Shown: one piece after another, positions 18,999 through 29,544 of the stretch
Layout of the letters: each line of letters opens with the position of its first letter
Numbering within the stretch: the first letter of the stretch is position 1
DNA from: an uncultured Chloroflexia bacterium
GTDB taxonomy: Bacteria; Chloroflexota; Chloroflexia; QHBQ01; JADMIH01
Assembly (NCBI GenBank): GCA_963797095.1
Contig: CAWCNY010000002.1
Coordinates: forward strand, 128,001 to 192,000
Length of the DNA stretch: 64,000 nt
Direction of reading: 5' to 3'
Translations under genes and position numbers: made by a program
Notes under the pieces: generated by a model
What the model was told of the DNA's origin: nothing
The model's input: only the letters and a program-made list of their open reading frames with translations
Database searches by the model: none

Positions 18999-21890
18999 TT
19001 GATTATACTGCTTAAGAATAGACGGGCAGCATTCTGGCGGTTTTTCGTGCCTGCGCTACTGGCTTTGCTCCCACTGCTGGCGCTGGGTACGGGCAGTTCT
19101 GCGGTAGCATCACCGCCGCTACCTGGAAAGAGCCTCGGCGCAGCTAGCCCTGCGGCAACGGATCAAACGGTGGTGATAAGGGTTTATTTCACTTCTCCTC
19201 AGCAGAGAGATGCCCTGGCTGCCGAGCTTTCTGCCGATGAGATCTCCACCCTCAATGGTTACCTCACAGTCTACCTGGATCGTGACTCCTACGCGACCAC
19301 CACCTCATCCCTTACCACAAGAGGGATCCACTGGGAGGTTGACCAGGACGAAACCTATTTTGCTAATCATGTGGATGCCTTCTTCCCGGGTAACTGGGAT
19401 GGCAATCCCGATACCTTCTTCGGTGGTTATAGGACCGTCGAAGAGAACTATGCCTATATGGACACGTTGGTGGCCGAATACCCCAACCTGGCCGAGACGG
19501 TAGATATCGGCAATTCGTGGTGCAAGACCCACCTGGGCCAGTGTACTCAACCCAACTCGTGGAATGGGTACGATATGTACGCCATCCACATCACCAACCA
19601 AGCCATACCGGGGCCAAAGCCTGTATTCTGGCTCGAGTCAGGCATTCACTCACGCGAGATAGCAGTACCGGAGATGACAACCCGCTTCATGAGCCTGCTG
19701 CTCGACCAGTACAACACCAATCCAGACTCTCATTGGCTGGTGGACTGGCATGACATCTGGATCGTGCCCAACGTCAACCCCGACGGCCATCACATGGTAG
19801 AGAACGGAGCTTCTCAGCCGCGCACCCAGCGCAAGAACGCCGACAGAGACGATGGCTGCACAGCTTATCCTCCATCGGATAGTAGCCAGTTGGGCACCGA
19901 TGACAACCGCAACTTCCCCTTCCTGTGGGGGTGCTGTGGTGGGTCGAGCGGCTCGCCCTGCAACCTCACTTATCGTGGACCGTCGATGGGGTCTGAAGAT
20001 GAGACGCAGGCGATAACGAACAAGATCAGCGAGTTGATCCCCGATCAGCGTGGTCCCAATAACGGTGATCCAGCCCCGATCACGGCCACAGGTGTGTACC
20101 AGAGTATGCACTCCAATGCTGCGCTGAACATATTCCCCTGGGGTTGGACTACGACTAATGCCCCTAACGATACGGATCTCAGGAATATGGGGCTGCATAT
20201 GAATTCGTCAAACGCCTCTCCAACCGGCAACGGTTACGTTACCGGCGAGGCTCCCGATATCCTTTACGCCGTAGATGGAGATTCGCTGGACTGGGGATAT
20301 GGCGAGCGCGGTATCGCGTCCTTCACCACCGAGGTAGGCGGTAGCGGCTTCTTCCCATCCTATAGCACGATTGACGGCATGTGGAATCTGAACAAGGGTG
20401 CCCTGCTTTACCAGGCCAAGCTAGCGCGCACTCCTTACCTGACCACGAGAGGGCCCGATGCCGATACGCTGGTCGCCACGCCTATGACCGCCACCCAGGG
20501 CACCCCAATCCAGGTCACCGGGCGTATGAATTACAACTGGTCCGGCGTAGATGATGTCAGTTATCCAAGTACGCGCCCCAATCTCTACCTGCAGAACATA
20601 GCAGCAGCCGAGTACTACATCGACACCCCTCCCTGGGCCGGCGGCACTGCTATACCGCTCTCGCCCAGTGATGGCAATTTCGATTCACCCACTGAGAACG
20701 TGATGGGCGCGGTCGATACCACGTCGCTGACACCTGGACGGCACCTGTTGTTCATAAGGGGACGTGGTGTGAACGATTACGAAGGCTTCCAGAGCTGGGG
20801 CGCGGTCACAGGCCTGTTTATCGATATTCTGCCGGGTGGGCCTACGCCCACTCCTGGCACTCCCACCGTCACGCCTATACCCACGAACACAGTGCCACCT
20901 ACCAATACACCTACCAGTGTTCCCACGAATACTGCAACTTCTACCAATACTGCAACTTCTACCAGTACCGCCACTTCTACCAATACTGCTACTACGGCAC
21001 CGACTCAAACGCCGGGTGGGTCCACCGCTACGCCTGTGCCTACCGATACCAGCACCGATACACCAGTCGCCCCTACTGATACTCCCGTGATTGGTCCTAC
21101 CGACACTCCTGGTGCTTCTTCCACGCCTGAGGCTACGGATACTCCTGTAGAAGAGACCTCAACTCCTCCCGCTTCGACAGCCACTGCTACTACCCCTCCT
21201 GAGATCACAGCTACCGCTACACCCACAACATGCGTAATAGAGTTTACGGATGTGTCTCCCGACAGCACCTTCTACGCGTACATCGAGTGCCTGGCCTGCC
21301 GTGGGATCATCAACGGCTATGACACCGGGTGTGAGACAGGCAATCCATGCTTCAGGCCCGGTAACCTGGTCACACGTGGTCAGTTGGCTAAGATAGTGTC
21401 TAACTCAGCAGGGTTCAACGAGGACCCCGGTGTACAGCAGTTTGAAGATGTGCCTTTGGGTTCTACCTTCTTCGACTTCATACAAAGGCTGGCAAACCGA
21501 GGTATAGTTTCCGGATATCCATGCGGTGGTCCTGGCGAGCCTTGCGTGGGGCCGGACAATCTGCCGTACTTCAGGCCCAACTCCAATGTCACAAGAGGAC
21601 AGATGTCTAAGATTGTGGCAGAGGCGGCAGCTTATAGTGAGACAGCGGGACCACAGCAGTTCCAGGATGTAGTGCCAGGCTCAACATTCTATGATTACAT
21701 CTGGCGGCTGACGGACCGTGGCATCATGTCAGGATACCCATGTGGAGGGGTTGGAGAGCCTTGTGTGGACCCTGGCGACCTGCCTTACTTCAGGCCCGGA
21801 GCCAATGCGACGAGAGGCCAGGCCAGCAAGATAGTGTCGAACACTTTCTTTCCTGAGTGCCAGCCTACGGAAGATAGGCCCAGCCGCTAG
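18999..21890 (+). CDS. M14 zinc carboxypeptidase with Thr/Pro linker and 3x Cys-loop SLH
   Basis: HSRE zinc motif, RKN, NRNF, SMHS; TTG 18999 chosen from the GGAGG RBS (ORF track starts at 18924). Confidence 0.88.
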   Translation: MIILLKNRRAAFWRFFVPALLALLPLLALGTGSSAVASPPLPGKSLGAASPAATDQTVVIRVYFTSPQQRDALAAELSADEISTLNGYLTVYLDRDSYATTTSSLTTRGIHWEVDQDETYFANHVDAFFPGNWDGNPDTFFGGYRTVEENYAYMDTLVAEYPNLAETVDIGNSWCKTHLGQCTQPNSWNGYDMYAIHITNQAIPGPKPVFWLESGIHSREIAVPEMTTRFMSLLLDQYNTNPDSHWLVDWHDIWIVPNVNPDGHHMVENGASQPRTQRKNADRDDGCTAYPPSDSSQLGTDDNRNFPFLWGCCGGSSGSPCNLTYRGPSMGSEDETQAITNKISELIPDQRGPNNGDPAPITATGVYQSMHSNAALNIFPWGWTTTNAPNDTDLRNMGLHMNSSNASPTGNGYVTGEAPDILYAVDGDSLDWGYGERGIASFTTEVGGSGFFPSYSTIDGMWNLNKGALLYQAKLARTPYLTTRGPDADTLVATPMTATQGTPIQVTGRMNYNWSGVDDVSYPSTRPNLYLQNIAAAEYYIDTPPWAGGTAIPLSPSDGNFDSPTENVMGAVDTTSLTPGRHLLFIRGRGVNDYEGFQSWGAVTGLFIDILPGGPTPTPGTPTVTPIPTNTVPPTNTPTSVPTNTATSTNTATSTSTATSTNTATTAPTQTPGGSTATPVPTDTSTDTPVAPTDTPVIGPTDTPGASSTPEATDTPVEETSTPPASTATATTPPEITATATPTTCVIEFTDVSPDSTFYAYIECLACRGIINGYDTGCETGNPCFRPGNLVTRGQLAKIVSNSAGFNEDPGVQQFEDVPLGSTFFDFIQRLANRGIVSGYPCGGPGEPCVGPDNLPYFRPNSNVTRGQMSKIVAEAAAYSETAGPQQFQDVVPGSTFYDYIWRLTDRGIMSGYPCGGVGEPCVDPGDLPYFRPGANATRGQASKIVSNTFFPECQPTEDRPSR

Positions 21891-21941
21891 CGTTACCGTT
21901 GATTGAGGTGATCTGAGGACGAGGGCCTATCGCCTTCGTCC

Positions 21942-22994
21942 TCAATCTTTTACCCTGCGACTGTTGACTATAAAGATGCCGGTGAGTACAAGCAGACCGC
22001 CGCCGATCTGATTGAGCGCCAGGTCTTCTCCCAGCAGAGGCACGGCAAACAGAGCGGTGATAACGGGCTGAGAGAGGAGAGAAACAGAGGTGAGAGGCGC
22101 GGGCAGGTGGCCCAACGAATAGTTGATTGATATCCACCCTAGTGCGTGGGATACCAGGCCGAGGGCAACGAGCGCCCACCACTGCCTCGCCTCGAAGCCC
22201 CAGATCTGCTCGCGCATCACCAGGACGTAAGCCAGAAGCAGCACGGTGGCGGCAGCCGAGTTGATCCACATGAAATGCATGGTGCCCAGACTGCGGCGCA
22301 CCCGGTTGGTGGAGAGGATGTAGGCAGCGTAGAAGGTGCTGGAGAGGATAGCGAGCAGGTCGCCCCAGGACGGTTGGAGATGTTCGAGCGCATCACGTCC
22401 GACCACGACAGCCACGCCTGCGAGAGCGATCACCATGCCAAACCAGAATCGGCGCTTGAGGCTTTCGTGGAAGATGAGGAGCGCGCCCAGGCTCACCCAG
22501 AGGGTTGAGAGGTTGCCCAGGAGAGTGGAGTTGGCGGCGGATGTAAAGAGCAGAGAAGTGTTCCAGAAGCCGAGGTCGAGTGCGAAAAAGAGGCCCGCCA
22601 GGAGAGTGCCCCAGAGAAGTTTTGAGCGCGGAGAGCGGAGAGCGGATTGTGGGCTGGTGGTGTTCGGGTTCGATATCGGTTGGGTGACTGAGGCATTCTT
22701 ATTTCGAGTTCCGAGCTCCCTACCACGCACTTTCCGCAGACGTGCGAGGTAAAAGCCATAGGGTAGGGAGAGTGCGATGGTGGCGATGGCGACGCGGTAG
22801 AAGGCCGTGACCGCGCCCGATATGTGTGGCGCGCCAACGGGGTTGGCCCACTTGGTGAAGATGGCCGAGAAGCCGATACAGATAACGCCGAGGGCGAGGG
22901 CGGCATAGGCGCGCAAGCCGGCGCTCTGTGTGCTGCGGCGCAAGCGGGTGAAGGGGCGCGGGGCGGTGTTGGTGGTCAGCTCAGTTGCTGGCAT
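21942..22994 (-). CDS. DMT/EamA family transporter
   Basis: About 10 TM helices, two EamA-like halves (AFYR, QPVITALFA..LLGE). Confidence 0.85.
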   Translation of the reverse strand: MPATELTTNTAPRPFTRLRRSTQSAGLRAYAALALGVICIGFSAIFTKWANPVGAPHISGAVTAFYRVAIATIALSLPYGFYLARLRKVRGRELGTRNKNASVTQPISNPNTTSPQSALRSPRSKLLWGTLLAGLFFALDLGFWNTSLLFTSAANSTLLGNLSTLWVSLGALLIFHESLKRRFWFGMVIALAGVAVVVGRDALEHLQPSWGDLLAILSSTFYAAYILSTNRVRRSLGTMHFMWINSAAATVLLLAYVLVMREQIWGFEARQWWALVALGLVSHALGWISINYSLGHLPAPLTSVSLLSQPVITALFAVPLLGEDLALNQIGGGLLVLTGIFIVNSRRVKD

Positions 22995-23005
22995 TTTTGA
23001 CTACG

Positions 23006-24835
23006 CTACGCGCTCTTTTCCAACACCACATCTTCATCCGAGGTCTGGGCAGCTTCTTGCTCCTGGTACTGAAGCTGGTAGAGGCGGTAATAGTAGCCGT
23101 TGCGGGCGAGGAGCTCTTCGTGCGTGCCTTCTTCTACTATGCTGCCCTTGTGGAGAACGATGATACGGTCTACGTGCTTGATGGTGGAGAGGCGGTGGGC
23201 GATGATAATGCTGGTCCTGCCGCGCATCAGCTTATAGAGGGCATCCTGGATAAGGGCTTCTGTCTCGGTGTCTACGCTGGAAGTGGCCTCGTCCATTACG
23301 AGGAGCACTGCCGGATTGAAAGCGATAGCGCGGGCGAATGTCAGGAGTTGCCGCTGGCCTACCGACAGGTTGGCCCCTCGCTCCTTCACCTCGTGCTGGT
23401 AGCCGTCCTCGAAGCGGTCTATAAAGTGGGAGGCATTGACGTATTCAGCAGCGCGGCGCACCTCCTCGTCGGTGATCTCTTTGTCCAGCAGGCGGATATT
23501 GCGCTCGATTGTGCCTGAGAAGAGGACCGGATCCTGTAGCACCACACCTATATGCCGCCTCAATTGCGCCTGGCGCACATCACGTACATCCACTCCATCG
23601 ATCAGGATCGCTCCCTTCTGCACATCGTAGAAGCGGCTAAGGATGCTGATCATGCTGGTCTTGCCAGCGCCGGTCGCACCCACTATCGCCACGCTTGTGC
23701 CCGCCGGTATCTTGAAACTGACGCCCTTGAGCACTGGCTCGTCGGGGTTGTAGGCGAAATGAACATCGCGGAACTCGATGTCACCCACCACTTTGCCAAG
23801 TAGCTTGGGATGCTCTGGGTCAACCACAATGGGCTGCTCGTCGAGGAGCATGAAGACGCGCTCGGCGGCGGCCATCGCTCCCTGCATGATGTTGTACTTC
23901 TCGGCCAGGTCGCGGATCGGCATGAAGGCGCGGTCGGTGTACTGGAAGAAGAGCACCAGCGTGCCGAAGGTCAACGTACCCGCCAATACTTCGCCTGAGC
24001 CATACCAGAGGAGGAGCGCCATAGCCAGAGTGGAGAGGAAACTGACCACCGGGAAGAAATAGGCGAATACGCGCAAGGCATCCAGGTTTGCCACCAGGTA
24101 GTGTTTGTTGAGTCCGTCGAACTCTTTGTGCTTACGCTTCTCGCGGTTGAATAGCTGGACCACCAGCATACCTGACAGATTTTCCTGGAGGAAGGCGTTG
24201 AGACGGGCCAGCCTAACGCGTTGCTGGCGGTAGGTGGTGCGCATCCAGCCCTGGAAAAGCCAGCTTGCCAGCGCGATAAAAGGGAGGACGGCGAGGCTAA
24301 CGAGCGCCAGCCGCCAATCAACCACAAACATGGTGCCGACCACACCCGCCAGAATCACCACATCCCCCGCTATGGTCACCACGCCGGAGCCTATGAACTC
24401 GTTGAGCGCGTCTACATCGTTAGTGAGGCGGCTGATCAGCCGGCCCACGGGGTTGCGGTCGAAGTAGTGGAGAGATTGGTGCTGGAGATGGGAGAATATG
24501 CCGTTTCGCAGGTCGTACATAACGTTCTGGCCGATGATCTGCATCAGGTAGTTCTGGGCATAACGGAACACGAAGGAGATAGCCAGGGCAGCTATATATG
24601 CCAGCCCTATTGTCCATAGAAGCTCAGGCTTGCCCGGCACGATAGCATTGTCGATCGCGACCTTGCTCAGGTATGGGGTAACCAACTCGGCAAGGGTGGT
24701 GGCGAATATCAGAACGAACGCAATAGCGACCTGCTTCTTGTAAGGACGGAGGTAAGTAAGCAGCCGGCGCATGAGGTGCGCATCGTAAGCTTTGCCCAAT
24801 ATCTCGTCTTCTTGAACCAAATTCGCTCCAGCCAT
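23006..24835 (-). CDS. ABC exporter permease/ATPase subunit
   Basis: TMD plus GATGAGKT, LSVGQRQ, VMDEATS. Confidence 0.93.
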   Translation of the reverse strand: MAGANLVQEDEILGKAYDAHLMRRLLTYLRPYKKQVAIAFVLIFATTLAELVTPYLSKVAIDNAIVPGKPELLWTIGLAYIAALAISFVFRYAQNYLMQIIGQNVMYDLRNGIFSHLQHQSLHYFDRNPVGRLISRLTNDVDALNEFIGSGVVTIAGDVVILAGVVGTMFVVDWRLALVSLAVLPFIALASWLFQGWMRTTYRQQRVRLARLNAFLQENLSGMLVVQLFNREKRKHKEFDGLNKHYLVANLDALRVFAYFFPVVSFLSTLAMALLLWYGSGEVLAGTLTFGTLVLFFQYTDRAFMPIRDLAEKYNIMQGAMAAAERVFMLLDEQPIVVDPEHPKLLGKVVGDIEFRDVHFAYNPDEPVLKGVSFKIPAGTSVAIVGATGAGKTSMISILSRFYDVQKGAILIDGVDVRDVRQAQLRRHIGVVLQDPVLFSGTIERNIRLLDKEITDEEVRRAAEYVNASHFIDRFEDGYQHEVKERGANLSVGQRQLLTFARAIAFNPAVLLVMDEATSSVDTETEALIQDALYKLMRGRTSIIIAHRLSTIKHVDRIIVLHKGSIVEEGTHEELLARNGYYYRLYQLQYQEQEAAQTSDEDVVLEKSA

Positions 24836-24982
24836 GTATCTCCTTTATGTGAGGGTGTCGGGTTGGAGTCCGGTAGTGATTGGGTGCCACGCCTGACGGT
24901 CCAACCCGGTACCCTGCGCTTTAATTATATAGGACGAAGCACGAAAGACGAAGGACGAATGAAAGACCTTCGTTTTCCGTCG

Positions 24983-26725
24983 TTAATCAATGCCCAACTC
25001 GTGTGAAAGCAACTCGCGGCGGTACATACTGGCGTAGCTGCCGCGCTGTGCTACCAACTCGGAATGGGTACCGCGCTCGATGATCTTGCCATCATCGATC
25101 ACTATGATCTGGTCGGCTTCTTTGACGGTGGAAATGCGCTGGCTGATGATAATACTTGTGCGATCTTTGAGGACGGTGCGCAGGCCAGCCAGGATCTCTG
25201 ATTGGGTCTGAGTATCAATGCTGGAAAGCGAGTCGTCCAGCACCAGGATCGCGGGGTCGCGCATGACCGCCCGTGAGAGGGCTGTGCGCTGCTTCTGGCC
25301 GCCCGAGAGGGTTACACCGCGCTCGCCTATGACCGTCTTGATCCCTTCTGGAAACTGGTCGAGGTCGTTGCTGAGGCGCGCTACCGTCACCGCTTGCTCC
25401 ACGCGCTCAGGATCCAGCTCGTCCACGCCGAACGCCACATTCTCTTCGAGGGAAGTCGAGAAGAGGAACGTGTCCTGGGGCACGTAACCAATGTTGCGCC
25501 GCAGGACTGCCAGAGGTATTCGCCGCACGTCTACATCATCAACCAGCACTTTGCCCGATTGCGCTTCGTACACCCGTGCAATCAGGTTCACGATGGATGT
25601 CTTGCCAGCGCCGGTGGCTCCCACGATAGCCAGGGTGGTGCCCTTCGGTGCGTGGAAGGAAATATCGTCCAGAACCTTGTGCTTGCCGCCATCGTAGCTC
25701 AGCGAAACATGGTCGAACCTGATATCGCCCTGGATACTTTCGATGGGGAGCGTTTCTTTGCTGTCGGCGATTTTGGTGCGCTGGCCCATCATCTCGCGGA
25801 TGCGCCCCATGGAAGCCGCGCCCTGCTGGTAGAGGCTGACCACCCAACCGAGGGCGATCATCGGCCAGGCAAGCAGCAACAAATAGCCGTTGAACTGCAC
25901 AAACTGGCCCAGCGTCAGGTTGCCGCTAATTACTTCATTGCCGCCAACGAACAGGATGGCGACCCCCGCCAGCCCCAACACAAAAGCCATCATCGGCCAC
26001 ATTAGCTGATTGAAAATCTGGTATTTGAGGCTGCGACGCCGATAATCGCTGCTCTCTTCCGCGAAGTGCTCGATCTCATACTCTTCCTGAGCGTAGGCCT
26101 TCACCACGCGGATGCCCGCGAAATTCTCTTGCGAGTAGGTGGATAGATTGCTGAACTGTGCCTGCACACTTTCGAAGTGGGTGTGCATACGCCTCCCAAT
26201 TATTACGAAGGCCACGCTCACGAGGGGCATGAAGAAGATGAGGACCAGCGCCAGCTTGAGATTGATCGAGATCATCAGAACGGCGGCAAACACGAACATC
26301 ATGACCGTGCGCACTCCGTTGGAGAGGCCGGGACCGAGGGCCATACGGACGGCTGACATATCGTTGGTGGCACGCGCCATGATGTCACCGGTGTGCATGG
26401 TCTGGAACCAGCCCTGGTGCATCTTCTGGAGGTGGGTGAAGAAATCGTTGCGTAGTTCGTATTCCACCTTTCGCGACACGGCGTTGAGCGTGTAGCGCGA
26501 AAAGAACTCGCCTATGCTGCCCAGCAAAGCCAGCCCCGCAATCCAGATCGCCAGTTGCACTACTTCGTCCTGGGGTGCCTTGTTGGTCAGTTCGTCGATG
26601 GCTTGTCCTAGCAGGTACGGCTGGGCCAGCGCCAGCAAAGCTGTGGCGATCACCATGACTGCGCCCAAAAGGAGGCTGGGCCAGTGGCGTCTCATGTAGG
26701 GGAGCAGGGTTTTCAGGTCGCGCAA
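24983..26725 (-). CDS. ABC exporter permease/ATPase subunit (heterodimer partner with degenerate site)
   Basis: GATGAGKT, LSGGQKQR, Walker B LDDS and switch SQR typical of TmrAB/YheIH-type heterodimers. Confidence 0.92.
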   Translation of the reverse strand: MRDLKTLLPYMRRHWPSLLLGAVMVIATALLALAQPYLLGQAIDELTNKAPQDEVVQLAIWIAGLALLGSIGEFFSRYTLNAVSRKVEYELRNDFFTHLQKMHQGWFQTMHTGDIMARATNDMSAVRMALGPGLSNGVRTVMMFVFAAVLMISINLKLALVLIFFMPLVSVAFVIIGRRMHTHFESVQAQFSNLSTYSQENFAGIRVVKAYAQEEYEIEHFAEESSDYRRRSLKYQIFNQLMWPMMAFVLGLAGVAILFVGGNEVISGNLTLGQFVQFNGYLLLLAWPMIALGWVVSLYQQGAASMGRIREMMGQRTKIADSKETLPIESIQGDIRFDHVSLSYDGGKHKVLDDISFHAPKGTTLAIVGATGAGKTSIVNLIARVYEAQSGKVLVDDVDVRRIPLAVLRRNIGYVPQDTFLFSTSLEENVAFGVDELDPERVEQAVTVARLSNDLDQFPEGIKTVIGERGVTLSGGQKQRTALSRAVMRDPAILVLDDSLSSIDTQTQSEILAGLRTVLKDRTSIIISQRISTVKEADQIIVIDDGKIIERGTHSELVAQRGSYASMYRRELLSHELGID

Positions 26726-27010
26726 AGCTTCTTCTCCTAATAGTGTTCAGGGGGAAATAATAGCATAGCAGAAAGTGCTATTCTGTAAATCGGTCTGAAG
26801 ACGGATATTCTATATATTATAAATGTCTAAGTGAGGAATTGGCAAAACAAAAAGGACCTCTTCGGCCAGGGGCAATATCGCGAGCCATTTAGCCGTACAA
26901 TACATGCAGATTAGCTCACGTCATATAGCACAGAAATTGATGGATGTAAGGAGAAGGGCAGGACAGATGGGTGGGTAGGAGACGCCTTCAATTTTGTTTT
27001 GAAGGCGAAT

Positions 27011-29086
27011 TTACCACTCGAGTACGGCCTGGTCGATCATAATGAAGATCGGATAGTTTATCTTGTCGCTGGGGTCCAGGTTGGTAATAGTGAGGCTATT
27101 TTCGCCCTCTTGAAGCACCTTGTTGGCGACCCGCCATTCGGCCCACCCCCAATTGCCTTCGCCATCTGGACCGCTTTTATGGTCGTTGGGCAAGGGGTCA
27201 GGGCCTTCATATAGCACCGAATTGTTGATGGTAATGCGCATGGGTGTCTTGTGCGTGTCCTCTGAGTTGAGGCCGAGCAATCTCAGCCTGCCGGGGCCTT
27301 TAGGCTGCTTCTCGATGACGAAGCGGGCAGTCATGGTACTGTATTGAGTCCCCTGCCCATAGACCCATTGGGCTGAGTGGCCGTGATAGCCGTCCTCGCG
27401 CGTGTACCCTCCCGTAAAACTATTATCGTCCAATACAACGCCATTTCCTTGCGTGTCAATGGGTGTGGGTGTAAAGAGGCCCGGCAGGATTTGCTCCGGG
27501 GTTGCAGTTGGAATTGCAATAGTAGGCATAACTATCGGGGTGTCAGTCGGAACAGACCCTGTGGGATTGCCTTGCTCCGGCGTGTTGGTGGGTGCTACTT
27601 GCTCCGGTGTATCTGTCGGTATAGCTTCAGGTGTGTCGGTTGGAGCCTCGGTGGGTATTTCTGTAGGTACTTCGGTGGCAGTTTCGGTTGGGGGTTCGGT
27701 TGGCGCTTCAGTGGGCGTTTCCGTGAACGGTAGGGGCGTGCTGGTTGGCGGCCTCAATGTTGCCGTAGGCACTATGGGCGGTGATGTGGGGGATGGGGTA
27801 GGTGATGGGAGCACGCTTGGGGTTGTGGGCGTGGGTGTGGCGCTGGCAAATATGCCGAGGAAAGCGTTGTTCCCCCAGATACCGAGGGCGCATAGCCCCA
27901 GGCCGAACACCACCAGCCCGCCCAGAAATCCCCACACCATAGCTCTACGCCCGCCCGTGCCCTGCACAGTTACGGTGGTTTGCGCACGAGGCGTGTATAC
28001 TCCAGGTTGGGCTTGCGTGACCCGCTTCGTTACCTGCGGCACGCTCACAGGCGTTGGACCTGCGCTGTTGGTGGTCTGCGCGCGTACGAGGGGCACCACT
28101 CCAGGAGCGGTTTGGGCTGCCATAGGGATCTGCTGGCTTATCTCGGCCTGCGTGCGGCGCGGCGGCCTGCTCGCTCCCTGCGGGTTAGCGGGTACGGGGG
28201 GTGCCACAGGCACCGCCATCGTCGGCTGGTTGAAAGACGAGCCTATACCCAGCAGATCGGCAGCCAGTGCATCGGTATTAGGATAGCGTGCACGTGGGTC
28301 CTTCAGAAGGCAGCGCATCACCACATTTTCCAGTGATGGGGGCACTTCGGGTGCCAGGGCGTGCAGGGGGCGCGGCTGCTCCCACACCTGTTTGTAGGCC
28401 ACCACCGCCGGATTGTCTCCCGTGAAGGGCGGGGTGCCTGCAAGCATCTCGTACATGACGCAGCCAAGGGCGTACACGTCGGAGGGTGGGCCGACAGGCT
28501 CGCCCGTGGCCTGTTCGGGGGACAGGTAGGCGGCTGTACCGAAGGTCATCCCGGTCTGGGTTAGCTCAGGGCCTGAAAGCGCCTTGACGATTCCAAAATC
28601 GCCGAGGCGGGCGTGACCCTTGCGGTCGACGAGGATGTTCTGAGGTTTGACATCGCGGTGGATGAGACCGCGTGCGTGTGCGGCTGAGAGGGCGGCGCAT
28701 ACCTGCGTGGCTATCGAGACCGTTTCGGCGGCGGTCATTCGGCCTCGCCGCATGAGGATGTCTTTCAGGTTTTGCCCCTCGACGAACTGCATCGCGATGA
28801 ACATGGAGCCATCGGGAGCCTCACCGAAATCGTAAACGTCCACGATGTTGGGGTGGGCAAGCCCTGCGGCAGCACGCGCCTCGTTGAGGAAACGGGCGCG
28901 GGATGCCTGGTCGTGTACGAACTGTCGGCGCAGTATCTTAATTGCGACTATGCGGTCGAGGCGCTGGTCGCGGGCGCGGAACACCTCGGCGGCTCCGCCT
29001 TCGCCTACCTTGTCAAGTAAACGGTAGCGACCCGCGAGTAAGTTTTCATCAATACGCTGTGTCGCGCCGTCTGGCGGTTGATTCAT
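27011..29086 (-). CDS. Hanks-type Ser/Thr protein kinase with TM helix, Thr/Pro stalk and C-terminal extracellular domain
   Basis: VAIK, HRDVKPQN, DFG, GTAAYLSPEQ; TM segment WGFLGGLVVFGLG. Confidence 0.93.
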   Translation of the reverse strand: MNQPPDGATQRIDENLLAGRYRLLDKVGEGGAAEVFRARDQRLDRIVAIKILRRQFVHDQASRARFLNEARAAAGLAHPNIVDVYDFGEAPDGSMFIAMQFVEGQNLKDILMRRGRMTAAETVSIATQVCAALSAAHARGLIHRDVKPQNILVDRKGHARLGDFGIVKALSGPELTQTGMTFGTAAYLSPEQATGEPVGPPSDVYALGCVMYEMLAGTPPFTGDNPAVVAYKQVWEQPRPLHALAPEVPPSLENVVMRCLLKDPRARYPNTDALAADLLGIGSSFNQPTMAVPVAPPVPANPQGASRPPRRTQAEISQQIPMAAQTAPGVVPLVRAQTTNSAGPTPVSVPQVTKRVTQAQPGVYTPRAQTTVTVQGTGGRRAMVWGFLGGLVVFGLGLCALGIWGNNAFLGIFASATPTPTTPSVLPSPTPSPTSPPIVPTATLRPPTSTPLPFTETPTEAPTEPPTETATEVPTEIPTEAPTDTPEAIPTDTPEQVAPTNTPEQGNPTGSVPTDTPIVMPTIAIPTATPEQILPGLFTPTPIDTQGNGVVLDDNSFTGGYTREDGYHGHSAQWVYGQGTQYSTMTARFVIEKQPKGPGRLRLLGLNSEDTHKTPMRITINNSVLYEGPDPLPNDHKSGPDGEGNWGWAEWRVANKVLQEGENSLTITNLDPSDKINYPIFIMIDQAVLEW

Positions 29087-29138
29087 AGCTACATTGTACC
29101 ATTTCCGCTGCCCAGCGACCGACCGCAGGGATAGTTTG

Positions 29139-29168
29139 TTGACAGCCTGGATGGACTTATGCTACTGT
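29139..29168 (+). promoter_or_regulatory. Sigma70-type promoter
   Basis: TTGACA-18 bp-TACTGT with extended -10 TG. Confidence 0.6.
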
Positions 29169-29195
29169 GCTCTAAATTGCAAGAAGGAGTCCAGG

Positions 29196-29279
29196 ATGAT
29201 TCGCAGCCTCTTACTGGTGGCGGTCAGTGTCGTGGCGATGCTCGCTTTCGGTGGCGCGGCCCTGATGTTCCGCCGGTAA
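29196..29279 (+). CDS. Putative 27-aa single-TM small protein
   Basis: AAGGAG RBS 6 nt before ATG; MIRSLLLVAVSVVAMLAFGGAALMFRR. Confidence 0.55.
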   Translation: MIRSLLLVAVSVVAMLAFGGAALMFRR

Positions 29280-29544
29280 GTTCGGGATAAGGATGTGTAC
29301 CTTAGTACAGCTAGTGATTCGGATTTTGGGAAGTCGATCGGTAGATGCTTATTCTTGCCCTCATGTACTATAAGGCATTGGTGGAGCAAAACGGGACAGG
29401 TTTTGGGGTGTACTTTCGGGCAGTTTTTTGTGTGGGGTTAGGGGTGAGGAGCGTGGTATGATGGACAAAGGGGGATAGGCAGGGATCGCCTCTGCATTTG
29501 CTCTTTGAGGGCAATGTCAGGTACGACCGGAGGCATGTGTTGTC

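Noticed and set aside
27402-28286. Long antisense Val/Gly-rich ORFs (also 3513-3875, 17680-18057, 59766-60224)
   Set aside because: Shadow frames of Thr/Pro linkers on the opposite strand
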